A stretch of 63,813 nt of DNA, counting the filler, from Octopus bimaculoides (taxonomy: Eukaryota): assembly GCF_001194135.2 (NCBI RefSeq). It is 6 parts of 5 records of this genome, joined end to end, with 100 filler letters (N's around TTAATTAATTAA, not from the genome) between each part and the next. Parts side by side here need not be neighbours in the genome. Positions count along the whole stretch, not along the records: positions 25,967 to 55,396 come from NC_068984.1; 5 more parts are not named here. One strand, given 5' to 3'. The position numbers and the translations under genes are program-made. Of the stretch, positions 39,561 through 53,019 are shown one piece after another. Below the pieces are notes generated by a model. It was given only the letters and a program-made list of their open reading frames with translations, searched no databases and was not told the DNA's origin. How positions within the stretch are numbered: position 1 is the first letter of the stretch; each line of letters begins with the position of its first letter.

Positions 39561-40219
39561 CGTTTTGGTAATTCTTTGCTCAGGAGGAATTTAAGAATAA
39601 TTTCTGATTTAGATTCAAAGCCAACAGTTTTAGGAGAAACGGTCAGTCCACATCACCAGCACTGGTGTTTTACTGGTGTTTTTCCCCAAGAAGGTAAACA
39701 CAACGGAAACAAATCATGCAAAGCATTTCTTTTAACTTCTCTAATGATTCCGCCATTGGCCACCAGGGGGAAAAATTTAATGTAAACACTATCTAGTTTG
39801 GTGCCTTACCATTTCATCCACTTCTTCGATCTTGAAATTGTTCGAGATGCCTCTGAAATACCTTTGCCATGCCTCAAATTGCAATAAATCTGATTCTATT
39901 TCATTCTAGTTAACACTCTGGTATTCCTTCTATTTATATTCTAGCACTAACTTAACCATCACGTGACTGGCGTTCCTGTGTCAACCACCCACAACACACC
40001 TTTAACTCTCATTGTTAATCTCTTCATCACCAGACACTGGCCTTCCTCCCATGTAGCCTACTTCCCTCATTTAATGTCATACTAAATTTCCCTCAGCAAC
40101 CTCTCCCCGACACCCCGCATCCCACTTTTCATCCAATGCTCCTCACTTTAATCCCCACTCAACCCCTCTTTTCCAGTCTCCCAATAAACTTATATATTCA
40201 TAAACCATGCTCTATACTA

Positions 40220-40366
40220 TCTTATTTGCCAGGAACTTCTGATGAGGATAACATTATTGCGCATCAGAGATCCCTCAAAATCACCTAGTATTGTTGGACT
40301 TTATTACATAATATGCATGGTTATCGCACAAGTAACTGTTTATCTGAAACAGCTGTAAAGATAAGA
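40220..40366 (+). ncRNA. Candidate type-I hammerhead ribozyme with intact core and palindromic stem III
   Basis: CTT(40236-38)-CTGATGA(40239-45)-stem II GGATAA..TTATCT-GAAA(40346-49)-CAGCTG-TA-AAG(40358-60); distal tcttat/ataaga pairing; folded by eye only. Confidence 0.55.
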
Positions 40367-42359
40367 CTTGATTACGTTATTCATTTATGTCTATATGCAA
40401 GCTTCCATGTAAATACAGTCTGTTACACACACACACACATACGTGAATATACAGAGATATATACATATGTGTGGGGGTGGAGGTGTGTATGTGCGTACAT
40501 ATGAATCTATGTATGTATGCGTGTATGTGCATTATTGTATGTATGCGTGTATGTATGTAGGTATGTAAATGTGTTATGTGTATGTGAATGTGTATCAGCA
40601 AAAAAAAATGAGAGGCAAAGAACTCGAAGAGTCGGTTTCTCAACTAAATATACAGCATCTGAAATTTGAACCGCCAGACTAAATAATCCCTTGTCATTGA
40701 TAGTTTCAGAAATACAGAAAGAATTTCATAGAGAACTATAACAATAGACGTTAAGGTTCACTTGTTGTAATATAAAGTATAATAAAAGAGAGAAAAGTTC
40801 GTAATTTCCAGGTGATTTGATTAATATTTCTAGCAGAACGATTGACTACACAGGAGTTCTGTCGTTAACTCGAATTAAAGCACTTTCTTTCTTTTTTTCT
40901 TTTTTTTGTATGTGTGTGTAGCACTCAAAACCCTTTACCTCAGTGTTGGAAATTGTTTTCGGTATTTAAAATATTTGTGAAATTACCTGGTGAAGCGCCA
41001 ATATTTATTCATCGAATCGATTGGCTGAAAATTGATTGATATATTGGTGGAATGATGTTTACGAAGACTACGATTGGAAAAACGCAAATTCGATTTCAAA
41101 TGTTCAATATATAGATAGTTAGGTAGATACATACATACATACTTGCATACATACATACATACATACATATAAATATATATATGTATATATANNNNNNNNN
41201 NNNNNNNNNNNNNNNNNNNNNNNNNNNNNNNNNNNNNNNNNNNNNNNNNNNNNNNNNNNNNNNNNNNNNNNNNNNNNNNNNNNNNNNNNNNNNNNNNNNN
41301 NNNNNNNNNNNNNNNNNNNNNNNNNNNNNNNNNNNNNNNNNNNNNNNNNNNNNNNNNNNNNNNNNNNNNNNNNNNNNNNNNNNNNNNNNNNNNNNNNNNN
41401 NNNNNNNNNNNNNNNNNNNNNNNNNNNNNNNNNNNNNNNNNNNNNNNNNNNNNNNNNNNNNNNNNNNNNNNNNNNNNNNNNNNNNNNNNNNNNNNNNNNN
41501 NNNNNNNNNNNNNNNNNNNNNNNNNNNNNNNNNNNNNNNNNNNNNNNNNNNNNNNNNNNNNNNNNNNNNNNNNNNNNNNNNNNNNNNNNNNNNNNNNNNN
41601 NNNNNNNNNNNNNNNNNNNNNNTATATATATACTTACATATTATGCGTACCTGTGTGTTGAGATATGCTTTACACAGAAAGAGAATGATGATGATGATGA
41701 TGAGAAGAACTACAACAACAACAACAACAACAACAACAAGAATAATAATAATAATAATTTATATAGTCTATTATATTTCGTTTTCCCTTTTATAATCAAT
41801 TACATCAGGTCGAAATAAAGGTAATATTGGAGTTTGCCAAAGTTTCCATCAATATCTTAGCGACGTATCACTCTCTGTTCAATATATCGGTTTTTTTCGA
41901 AAGACAGGCAGGTCATAGTCTTCTTGAGGAAACAGCCAATTATTGACAGATCTTAATAACAACTTGCCCACACTTAAATCCAAACAGAATCTTTACCATT
42001 TCCTTTCCTCACTTTTCTCTGAGCGTTGTTGTTGTTGTTGCTGTTGTTGTTATTGTCTTCTTTTCCACGTCTTCTTCGTCTTTGTCGTTGTCTTCTTCCT
42101 TGTCCTTTTTTCTTTTTCTTCTCTTCATCATCTTCCTGTCTTTTTGTTTCCTTCTTCTTTATGTACTTTTTCTTCTTTCCCTGCATCTTCCTCTCCCCTT
42201 CATTGTTCTCTTCTTCCTCCCCCTCCTTCTCTTTTGGTCTTCCGCATTTCCGTTTTCCTTTCCTTCTTCTCATTCTCCTCTTCCTGCTTTTTCATTCATT
42301 CTTCTTTATCTTCTTTTTCTTCTCACTCTTCCTTTTCTTTATCTTCTTTCTCGTTATCA

Positions 42360-42407
42360 TCATCTTCTTCTTCTTCTTTTTCTTCTTCTTCTTCTTCTTC
42401 TTCTTCT

Positions 42408-42430
<23 letters not shown>
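42360..42430. repeat. (TTC)n microsatellite inside a pyrimidine-rich low-complexity tract (42020-42560)
   Basis: Seen directly. Confidence 0.95.
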
Positions 42431-42438
<8 letters not shown>

Positions 42439-43299
42439 TTTCATCACCTTCACTACTACCATCACCATCATCATCATCTTAATCTTCTTCCTCCTCTTCC
42501 TCCCGTCCTCTTCCTCCCGTCCTCTTCCTCCCGTCCTCTGCCTCCCCACTATCACCCTCCCCCTCAATTACATGTAAATATTTACCTCGCTAATTAAATA
42601 TAATCCCATAAACAATACCAGTGGAAATATAATCAGTGTGTGGCTAATTAATGTGCAGTAATNNNNNNNNNNNNNNNNNNNNNNNNNNNNNNNNNNNNNN
42701 NNNNNNNNNNNNNNNNNNNNNNNNNNNNNNNNNNNNNNNNNNNNNNNNNNNNNNNNNNNNNNNNNNNNNNNNNNNNNNNNNNNNNNNNNNNNNNNNNNNN
42801 NNNNNNNNNNNNNNNNNNNNNNNNNNNNNNNNNNNNNNNNNNNNNNNNNNNNNNNNNNNNNNNNNNNNNNNNNNNNNNNNNNNNNNNNNNNNNNNNNNNN
42901 NNNNNNNNNNNNNNNNNNNNNNNNNNNNNNNNNNNNNNNNNNNNNNNNNNNNNNNNNNNNNNNNNNNNNNNNNNNNNNNNNNNNNNNNNNNNNNNNNNNN
43001 NNNNNNNNNNNNNNNNNNNNNNNNNNNNNNNNNNNNNNNNNNNNNNNNNNNNNNNNNNNNNNNNNNNNNNNNNNNNNNNNNNNNNNNNNNNNNNNNNNNN
43101 NNNNNNNNNNNNNNNNNNNNNNNNNNNNNNNNNNNNNNNNNNNNNNNNNNNNNNNNNNNNNNNNNNNNNNNNNNNNNNNNNNNNNNNNNNNNNNNNNNNN
43201 NNNNNNNNNNNNNNNNNNNNNNNNNNNNNNNNNNNNNNNNNNNNNNNNNNNNNNNNNNNNNNNNNNNNNNNNNNNNNNNNNNNNNNNNNNNNNNNNNNN

Positions 43300-43490
43300 G
43301 GTTGGTTGGTTGGTTGGCTGGTTGGTTGGATGGCTGGTTGGTTGGTTGGTTGGTTGGTTGGCTGGTTGGCAGGTTGGTTGGATGGCTGGTTGGTTGGTTG
43401 GTTGGTTGGCTGGTTGGTTGGATGGCTGGCTGGCTGGTTGGTTGGCTGGCTGGTTGGTTGGCTGGTTGGTTGGTTGGTTGGTGAGTTGAT
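43300..43490. repeat. Degenerate (TGGT/TGGC)n tetranucleotide array
   Basis: Seen directly; abuts a gap. Confidence 0.9.
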
Positions 43491-44019
43491 TGATTGTTGA
43501 GTAGGCTGGTTTGTTGAATGGTCGCTTAGTGAGTTGCGGTGGTCATTTTGTTGCTTGGATTAAAACGGATACGTGTATCGTGGATACGTCTGTTCCGTTG
43601 CAATCCCACCCTCTGAACATCATGAATGCTCTCTCCATGTTTTAACTCCTCTATATTTTGGTTCATGGTCATTGCTCTGGAATCTAACATTGTTAAAGGC
43701 CATCCCAATTAAACAAGGACTATGCATGTTGCGTTGATAAACGCTGACAACGTCACATTAATCATGTTTCAAGCTAATTATTTAAAATAATAATTGTAAA
43801 AAAATTTTAACCTTAAGAACTTAACATAATGCATCAAGAATGTTATTCTCGTCTTCAGGAGACTGTCTTTGTGATGTCCCCTTCGTTTATGTTCTTCTGG
43901 CAAGTAAAACAAATCATCATTAATGTTGTTGTTGTTGATTTGACTCAGGTTCGGTCTTATTCCTGCTCAGATTTATGTTGGTAGCGGTTTACAAAATTGT
44001 AAATGTTACTACCTGTAAC

Positions 44020-45080
44020 CTTAGGTATTACCTGTAACCTTAGGTATTCACAAGCTATCAATGGTGTTTCAAGTACTTAAAACCCTCCAGATAATCTTTC
44101 CTGTCCTTAGGAGGCAAACTTTCTGTAGAAGCTTTACAGGACATTCTATTCCAATGTTGCTCAACCATTTCTCTATATCTTTGCTTACAGTTCCAAAATG
44201 CACCAATTATGACAGGCACAACTTTTACAGTTTTCATGTTCCAAATTCTTGCAATTTCAAATTTTAAGTGATTGTATTTTTCTTTTTTTCGTCTTCTCTT
44301 TTTACGATCCTGAAATCAAACGGACATGATAGATCAATTAATAAGCAACTTCGCTTTTCTGTGTCTACTATTGTTGCTTGGTCTGTTATTTTCTTGTTTT
44401 TTATCCATTTGAATAGGAAAATCCCACAGAATCTTACAATTCTTCTACTCGAGCATTATTTCGACTCGATGTGTCTCCGGCTTCAAATCACCATTTCTAG
44501 CAAAGCTTCCAACTTAAAACTTTTATTACTTGATCGTACTTCTATTTCTTATATTCTTCCTGTACCAACTTGAGACATTCTGCAACAATGTGTGTCACTG
44601 TCTCATTCCAAGTTCCACAGATTCTACATTTTCTCACACATCCTCCCCTCATACATTTTCCCTCAAGTTGTTTTCTTTTATTGCTTGATCCTGTGCTGCT
44701 ACAATTAGGCTTTCTGTTTGTTTTTTAATAACCCTTTTTTTAAACCTAGCTCAGGATTTTATTCCACATCCGTCCTCAGTGGCTCTCTAAAATTGACCAT
44801 GCAGAGGTTTCTCTTCAATCTGTCTAACGTGCTCTCTTTGAATTTCATTCTTGTCCTTTTCTTTTATTCCACACTTGCTCATCTGTTTCTTTTTCACTGT
44901 CTTCAGTGGTTTCTCTGTGCTGTTCTGTAAATATTCTACTGGGTTTTTCTTTTCCATCTATACACACTTATCCACAGCAATTAAGCCTCTTCTACTCTGG
45001 TCTCTCCTCAAGTACAGTCGGTTAATATCAGCTTTCGGGTGGTGGACTCCGTAAGTTGTCAACAGCTGCTTTCTAGACAT
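44020..45080 (-). mobile_element. R4/Dong LINE fragment (thumb, CCHC, RLE)
   Basis: Minus strand GVHHPKADINRLYL, TESLIVAAQDQAI, CRICGTWNETVTHIVAEC, KYNHLKFEIARIWNMK.VKVVPVIIGA. Confidence 0.88.
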
Positions 45081-45095
45081 TATCATCATCATCAT

Positions 45096-45137
<42 letters not shown>

Positions 45138-45352
45138 CAGGGCGGCGAGCTGGCAGAATCGTTAGCATGCCGGACGAAATGCTTAGCCGTATTTCGTCTG
45201 TCGCTGCGTTCTGAGTTCAAATTCCGCCGAGGTCGACTTTACCTTTCATCCTTTCGCTGGTTGATCAATTAAGTACCAGTAAAACACTGAGGTCGGTGCA
45301 ATCGACAAGTCCCCTCCCCCAATTTCAGGCCTTGTGCCTTTAATAGAAAGGA
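45138..45352 (+). mobile_element. SINE family A (tail type 1), after a (TAG)n tract
   Basis: gggcggcgagctggcagaatcgttagcatg...ggccttgtgcctttaatagaaaggat. Confidence 0.9.
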
Positions 45353-46613
45353 TTGTTGTTGTTGTTGTTGTTGTTGTAGAAGCTTTAGTCATTAACCAAC
45401 GTCGCTTTGCTAGAAATAAATTCAAGCTTAATTTCTAGACTTAAATCTAACGATACCAAATCCTTATTTGTTTAAATTTGGTAAAAGTGGAATTCGGAAA
45501 CATTCGTTTAATCATGACGTTTTTTTTTTGTTTGTTTGCTTGCTTGTTTGTTTGTTGTTGGGATTTTTTATTTTGGCACTGTCTGACAATTCGAAGTCGC
45601 CAAAATCATAACCCACAATCAATATAATTTGCCAGTCGTGTGTTAACCAAAGATAAAGATGGGGAGCTCCAAAAGATAGACGAGTATGATTCAATAAGAA
45701 ATTTGTGTTTTAATCTTTTTAAGAATCTCGGTATTTCTAGTTACACGTTCCAAGATTCCATTGTCATCTCATCTCAGAAATCTTAAACAATTCTTTTTAT
45801 AGCAGTTTTTTATTCTCGGAGTATTTTTTTATGAAATTTTATTGGTTAAATTGTTAAAGAATTCCTCTCTAAACTCAAATTCTTCAAATGGAACGTACTG
45901 TAGTTGAAGACCTACATTTATTTCAAGCTTCGCATATTGACGATGCAAAATTGCTAAAAGCATAAAATAAAACTGCATACTTTATCTCAGATACTACAAT
46001 GGTCCGCTGTTTCTTCTTGGAAGAGAAAATTTTGTCCTTTTTAATTCACTCAATCCAGGTGTTATAATTGTTAATTAAAGTTTCTAATTTCAGCCTAATT
46101 ACATGACATGTAATTCTTTGACTTAATACAATTAGTTGTCATTTAAAATGTGATTTTAATACATTCCACAGGTTAAAAATTCTTTTGACACGTTATTTTT
46201 CATAAATTGCTCGTGTGACAGGACGGTTAATGTAATCATTTTTACTGGTTCCTCACCATCGTTGTTTAATTCCTTTACCAAAGGTGGTGAGGAACCGCTA
46301 CTGAAATGCACGATATAAGTTTCTCTTAACTAATAGGCAATATTAGAAGATAATTCTTCAACACCATGAGGGCATGCTAAATCGAGAAGTTCCAATTCTC
46401 TTTCATGAGAACTAAGTTCGATTTTTATCTAATTTCATTAATGTCAAGATTAATAAATTTTTCAATATGAATTGCCAATTTATCTAAGAATTTCTTCATG
46501 ACTTGAATCAACAATACCTTTGGTAACAGAAATTAGCCCCTAAATCTTGCTCTATCATTTTATTTAGCCGTTCACCGAAATATTTGGCACACACAGACAC
46601 ACCCAAACACGCG

Positions 46614-46663
<50 letters not shown>

Positions 46664-46739
46664 TAAATACTTTTCCTTAAGCAATATCAATTGACTCATC
46701 GAAAACCAAATGAAATTATTTTTGTCATCAATTTGTTCT

Positions 46740-48370
46740 TCCAGCAAAGATGAAGCAATAACGTTTTATTTCTAACTGCTGTATGTTTTGTTCTCAAATC
46801 ATTTGCAGGTCGAAGGAAGGTCGGAAGATCGAGAGTAGGTGTCGACTGTGTTGATAGTCGTGTCTGTGCTGATATAGTAATCATACTGTGATGCTGAGTG
46901 GATGTTAAAACGATCCAACCTTTTGAGGATATTAACACTGTACGACTGGGGGTCGTACAGTAACAGATAGAACCGTTCTATCGACAACTTCGGAATGTAA
47001 CACTATCTGTCAGAGCGGCAACCGTCGTCAAAAGACAGATACAACAGTGGCAAAAGACCGCTTTACAACAGTGACGACGAGGAAAAACAAATTTACACGG
47101 AATGAAAGAAAAAACAACATTCACACGGAGAGTTTAAACTAATTCACGTTGAAAATTACATAACTCGACAAAAAGAAAAAAAATGTTGTACAAACTTACG
47201 AAAATCGTAAAAGGTGAAAGACTTGTTAGCTGAGATAACTGAGTTTCAAAAACAGCAACAACAACAACAACAACAACTCAAGGAACAATGAGAACAACAA
47301 CAAGGATTGCAGCGGTAAATGTTGCAACTAACGAGGTTGAAAACCAAATCAGAGACTACTTCTTCACCTGACCATGTAGCAAATTCTATAAGCGAATTCA
47401 AATATGATCCATAAGAAGGAGTGACCTTCGAGACTTAGTTTCGAAAATTTCAACAAATTTTTGAAAAAAATGTCAGGATTGAACGGACGAAATGAAAACG
47501 CGTCTAGTGTTAAGAAAACTAGCGACAGCAGAACATGAGAAGTATAGTAACTTCATATTTCCAAACAAAGCATCCAACATTAATTTCACCAACACAGTTG
47601 ACATTTCGTGCAAAATGTTTAGTGAAAAGATCTCACTGCTTAATACTAGACGGAAATGTTTAAGCAGAAAAGAGGGCAGATGAAGACTTCACTACTCACA
47701 CAGGCAGAGTTAGCAAAGAATTTGAGACATTTAGGCTAGATGTGCTTACTCCAGATTCTTTCAAGTGTTTGATTTTTGCACGAGGATTGACAGATAAAAG
47801 GGATTCAGAAATCCGAAAGAAAATTCTATCAAAACTGGAAATGAACCAGGATTTGACATTGCAGAAACTGTCGGAAGAGTGGGATAGGATATTAAAATTA
47901 AGGCATGACATGGAAGAAATTCAACAGAAAGAGTGTTTTCACTTAAGACCAGTGCAAAAAAGACGGAAGACGAATAAGGTGTTGCAAGAAACATCGGGAT
48001 GTAGACCCATGTATGGAATGTGGTGGGAGGCACCTGAAGAAAGATTGTCCGTATAAAAAAGCAAAGTGTTTTCGCTGCGGGTTTACAGGACATATAAAAT
48101 CGCACTGAAAAACTAGGTTAGGAAAATAAAACAAACAAGAAATAATAAACAGTTTGTCAGCAGGAAAAGTTGTGACTACAACAAACAGAAAGTTCGTGAA
48201 TGTGAGAATTGAAAACATTAGGGTTCAGAATGCGAGTAGACACGGGAAGAGATATCACAATCATAAACGAGAAAACATGGGAACAAATGGGTAAACCAAA
48301 ATTATGTAGTTCAAACAAAATAGCGTACGGTGTTACGGGAAGAAAATTATATTTCACGGGCGAACGGTGA
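46740..48370 (+). mobile_element. Ty3/Gypsy LTR retrotransposon 5' remnant (possible LTR end and PBS, gag, zinc knuckle, protease)
   Basis: ...ttacaaca then gtgacgacgagg (47071, PBS-like); FKCLIFARGL..DSEIRKKILSKLE; CFRCGFTGHIKSHC; VDTGRDITII protease motif. Confidence 0.8.
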
Positions 48371-51300
48371 TAAGGCATATGTAAAATGGCAACCAATATA
48401 TTCTTCTAAATGGTAGCCGCTACTAATTTTTACATGAGGAACTACAAATGCAACAGAACATATTTCTTATTGCTTTGCTACCGGAACGAAATTGCTTTGA
48501 TAGGTTATCGCGAATTCAAATGCTTTCAGTACAACTTCTTAGTGCTATTGGGATGAAAAAGGATTTGTTAAATTCATGGATTATCCTTATGCGTTGTAAA
48601 AAAAATTGTTGATCAGTTAACTAAGATTTTAAAAACGTTTTACCGTATTTTCTCCACTGGCTCACTGTATAAACGGGAATAGTAAGGAAATGGTCGAAAT
48701 ATATTTATTTTTTAAAGCTTCTTAGTTTACCCAGGCATCCGCAAACGCACGAATAACTGCTACAAAGAACATCTGATTCACTTTATTATACCAGGAATCT
48801 TTTACACGTCGCTCGCCAAGCTTGAAATAACATAGGCATGTCCCTCAATTCATGTCCTACCTTCTTAAATAGCAAAGAATGCATGCTGTCTTTAGATAGC
48901 CTGTTAGCGAAGTCCCACTATTAGCGAAGTTTATTCTTCGAGTTAACCAGTTGCAAAATAGTGTTACCTAAAAGTGCCCACCCACATAACTACCTTATCA
49001 AACTTTACTACTAAACAATACCTGTCCGGCAGTGCTTCAGTTGTACATTCATTCATTTTGTAATTTCTACGAATATCATTACAATATATTAATTATATGT
49101 AATTATCAAAATATTTGGTATTTTAAATTAATTTTAAACATTTTTGCATTGAATGAAAAAAAGAAAAATACTTGAAGATACAAATTCACAATTGTAGCGA
49201 TTGCTCGAACAACTGGTTTATAACATATAATGTAATTGGTAGCGCTGTAGCAGCTGTTGTATAATGCAATCAGTAATAAAGTTTCAATAAAACAATCATT
49301 TTGAATGAGGAATACAAATTCGTGTCTTCTTACTTTATGCATTACCTTTATGAACTGCATTGGCAATCACTGTATCAAGTGATTTAATTCTTTCGTAATT
49401 ACTGTGTCTCTATTGTTTGGTTTGCCAAGATTTTGTCATTTAATTTCTCTATAAATTTTACTGATTGGCCAAAAATATCGTTAATATAAATTTTTTAATA
49501 AAATAGAAAATTAATTTTAGCACCAAAATTGCTTTAATTTTTCCCAAAAGTAACAAGTTACTGAATCGTTAAATGAATAGTAGCAAGCAGTCTTGATGCC
49601 GAATGAAATCTACAAATTGTGGTTCAATCTGGCGACACGGGTGTGTGATTGGAATGAAATTTAGAACTTAGAAACATGAATCATATGTCTATTTATTGGC
49701 TTAGATTAGGAGTGGATGGGCAGCGTCCGTGACTATTTTCGGGGTCTTCGAGATAAGTGTGAAAGAGAGAATAGAGGAAGGTTTTTTTACGGAAGAAATG
49801 ACCTGAATGGACATCGCTAAAGGTGCCCAAGGATGAGGTGTTGGTATTAAATTGGATGACGGATTAACTCTAAAACCCAACTGCCGACTTCTCTGGCAGT
49901 GTGATACAATTTACAACAAAAGTGAGCCTTTGAACTACAATAATAATCGAGTTTCCACACAGTATCCTTTGACTTAATTTTAATCAGGAGGTTTCGGTGA
50001 ACTTCTGTAGCATCTATAAAAAGATACATGAAATATTCTTTTTAGTTCATTCTAAAATATGTTCTGATATGTTTTTGGAAGCAAGTGTTTTGTGGACAGG
50101 TACTTTCAAAAATGTAATCACAGAATTTAACGAGTATTTCTGTATCTTGTGTTTTGCTTTTTTGTTTAAAATAAACTGGAGGAAGCAAAGAATGAGTCAT
50201 CACGAGACTGAGTTGGAACTTAAACGTTGGATATCTTCAGCCATCGACAATGAGAAGCATGAAGTATCTTTGCTTGTAACATGGTATGTGAGTATGAAGA
50301 ATCTGCAAAGTAAACCCTTTTGTCTAAGACGCCATGCAGTAAACTCGATCTCGTGAACTTATAATGGCAAAATGGATATCTTAGTCACTCAGCCAGCAAG
50401 ATGAGTATCTCGTTAGCATGGCTAACCGCCTGGCGGCGGTGCAGTTGGTGGGTGGGGATTAATTGTATCAAAGCTAATTTATTATAAGTTTATTCAGAAA
50501 ATATAAGTTGTAACAAATAAATGGATTTTAGTTTCCTGCAAATTTTTATAGACCAACTTTTACCAACTCAGACCACCACCGCTAGCGCCAACACCTCAAC
50601 CACTTTCACGGCTACCACCCCCATCACTACTGCCATCACCTCAACCATCTTACCTCTACCACCACAACCACCATTATCCGCAACAACACAACCATCATCG
50701 TCACAACCACCAACACCACCAACAACAACAACAACAGCACCATCATCACCACTCCATCGCCATTACTGTCGCAGGCAGCACAATTACCACCACTATCANN
50801 NNNNNNNNCCAACAACAACAACAACAGCACCATCATCACCACTCCATCGCCATTACTGTCGCAGGCAGCACAATTACCACCACTATCACCATAACCATAA
50901 CCACTATGACAACCACATCACCACCACAACCACTATCTCCACCACCAGTTGCACTGGATTCTGAATCTATATTTACTTTCAACACCATCCATGAAACCAT
51001 CAAGACGGACCCTTCAATAATAGCGCACCGAATCCCAGCGGCCATTTTCGCTCTAATACATATTTTTTTCCTTAATAGCTTTTCACTAAACGACGTTGAA
51101 CTCGGACGGGCGACCAGAGAGGAGTCGACGAGAGACTTTATCAATTGGTGTCAATTTTCACTAAATCAACATTTCTGCAACACCGTTGACGTCAACTGTG
51201 AATTTTCCTTGAATAATTCACACTTGCTTCAAATGAATTATAGATATAAAGTTTCCAATATGTCCGTGTCGTTGGTCTGTATGACGACCAACTAGAGGAA

Positions 51301-51483
51301 AAGTTGACTATTACTTGCAGTCTACAAGTTTACTGAGGTTAATCATGCAGGCTTGTCGTTGATCAACATTTTACTTAAGTACATGGACAAGCGACACCAC
51401 ACATACAACTACGCACGTACACAAGCAGAAACGCACACACTCAAAGATATATACATACATACATACATACATATATATATATA

Positions 51484-51518
<35 letters not shown>

Positions 51519-51699
51519 CATCTCTAGGCATGCATTTGCACATACGCACACACACGAACGATCATACAGTAATGTTCATACAAAGATTTACTGACTGACG
51601 CACACAGACAGACACACAAGTTTCATATACATACACACACTGGTATATAAATGCGTATGTGTGCATGTGTGCCTAAGTGTATGTGTCTGTGTGCGCCTC

Positions 51700-51730
<31 letters not shown>

Positions 51731-51951
51731 GTGTGTGCTTGTGTGTGTGTGTTTGTGTGTGTGTTTTAGTGTGTGTGTGTGCCCACGCAAATGCATATCA
51801 ATAGGCACAAACATTTACAAAAACACACATACACATAAGGATTTGCTAAAATACATACACACAAATCCATTTATATACTTATACACACAGACGTAAATGC
51901 ATAGTCATATATATATATATATAATACATATATTTGTACATATATAGATAC

Positions 51952-52008
<57 letters not shown>

Positions 52009-52441
52009 CACACAAGCATATGCATCTATATATGTACATACGTAGATATATGAATGCATACATAAATGTGTGTGCGTTTATGTATACAGCACGCAGAAAT
52101 ACATACCAACACGCTGGTGTATATAACCAAATTACACATATCCATATGTTAATACTCTTCTACAGACATATGAACATCTACTCACATTTGTTTCCATTCC
52201 TTGGCACGCAAACCAATAAATATATATTTTCATTTCCTCAAATACATACATACATCCATAACACTCACTATGCGCATGTTTATATCCATATATATTTGCA
52301 TTATCACGTGCTCACACTATCGTTCTACGTACATACAAACACATGAAAGACACACATGCGATGAATATCTTCGCGGCTGTAATGAATTGCCATTCATAAG
52401 AAATGTCTCGCTTCATAAAATGTTTAATTTATATATCTCAG

Positions 52442-52529
52442 GTAATGCCATGCTGACGAGCTCTAAGGAGAACGAAGTAGTTCTATTTATGATTACCGTG
52501 ACAAGAAATTTTAAAGAGTTTCCTCATAA
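52442..52529 (+). CDS. Internal exon of an EGF-domain extracellular protein (phase 1 in, phase 2 out): (G)NAMLTSSKENEVVLFMITVTRNFKEFPH(K)
   Basis: Acceptor atatatctcag| and donor AA|gtaagc; open frame; phase 2 joins the exon at 56532 to give ...EFPHKFQITTD... Confidence 0.55.
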
Positions 52530-53019
52530 GTAAGCAAGAAAAGAAAAGAAAAGAAAATATAAGCATCCTCTGCATCTCTTTTGTTCTTCCTTTTCCTTTA
52601 ATTTTAAATTCAAATTTCTAATCCCGCAAGATATTATAATTAAATAATTATCTCCCCTTATAATAATAGCTGTCTAGACTTCAACACGTATATTTGTTTG
52701 TATGTATGTGTGTGTATACATACATAATCACACGCGCACACACGCACACATACACATATACATACACACACAAATATATATATATATACAAGGTTTGCAT
52801 AAAATGTCGAGATGTGTGCGAGTGTGTGTATGTGCATATATGCGTGTATATACATGTATGTATTAAAAGGTGGTGGAATTTTTACGTCACCCATCCATGT
52901 GTATATATGTAATTATGTTATGTATATATGTATATAAGTATGTATATAAGGATTTACTTTTCGTAATGAGATAAAAAAAACCAAGGCTGTGTATATTTTA
53001 GAACATTTATAAATAGAAG

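Noticed and set aside
43300-43490. ORFs of repeated LVGW
   Set aside because: Translation of a tetranucleotide microsatellite
50412-50426. Palindrome GTTAGC-ATG-GCTAAC as an RFX X-box
   Set aside because: It deviates from the X-box consensus and overlaps a SINE-like tcgttagcatg word
50719-50888. Apparent tandem duplications flanking 10-N gaps (also about 55608-55710, 55720-55830, 57165-57265, 57895-58000, 59847-59960 and 7270-7400)
   Set aside because: Identical sequence on both sides of a fixed 10-N gap indicates unmerged overlapping contig ends
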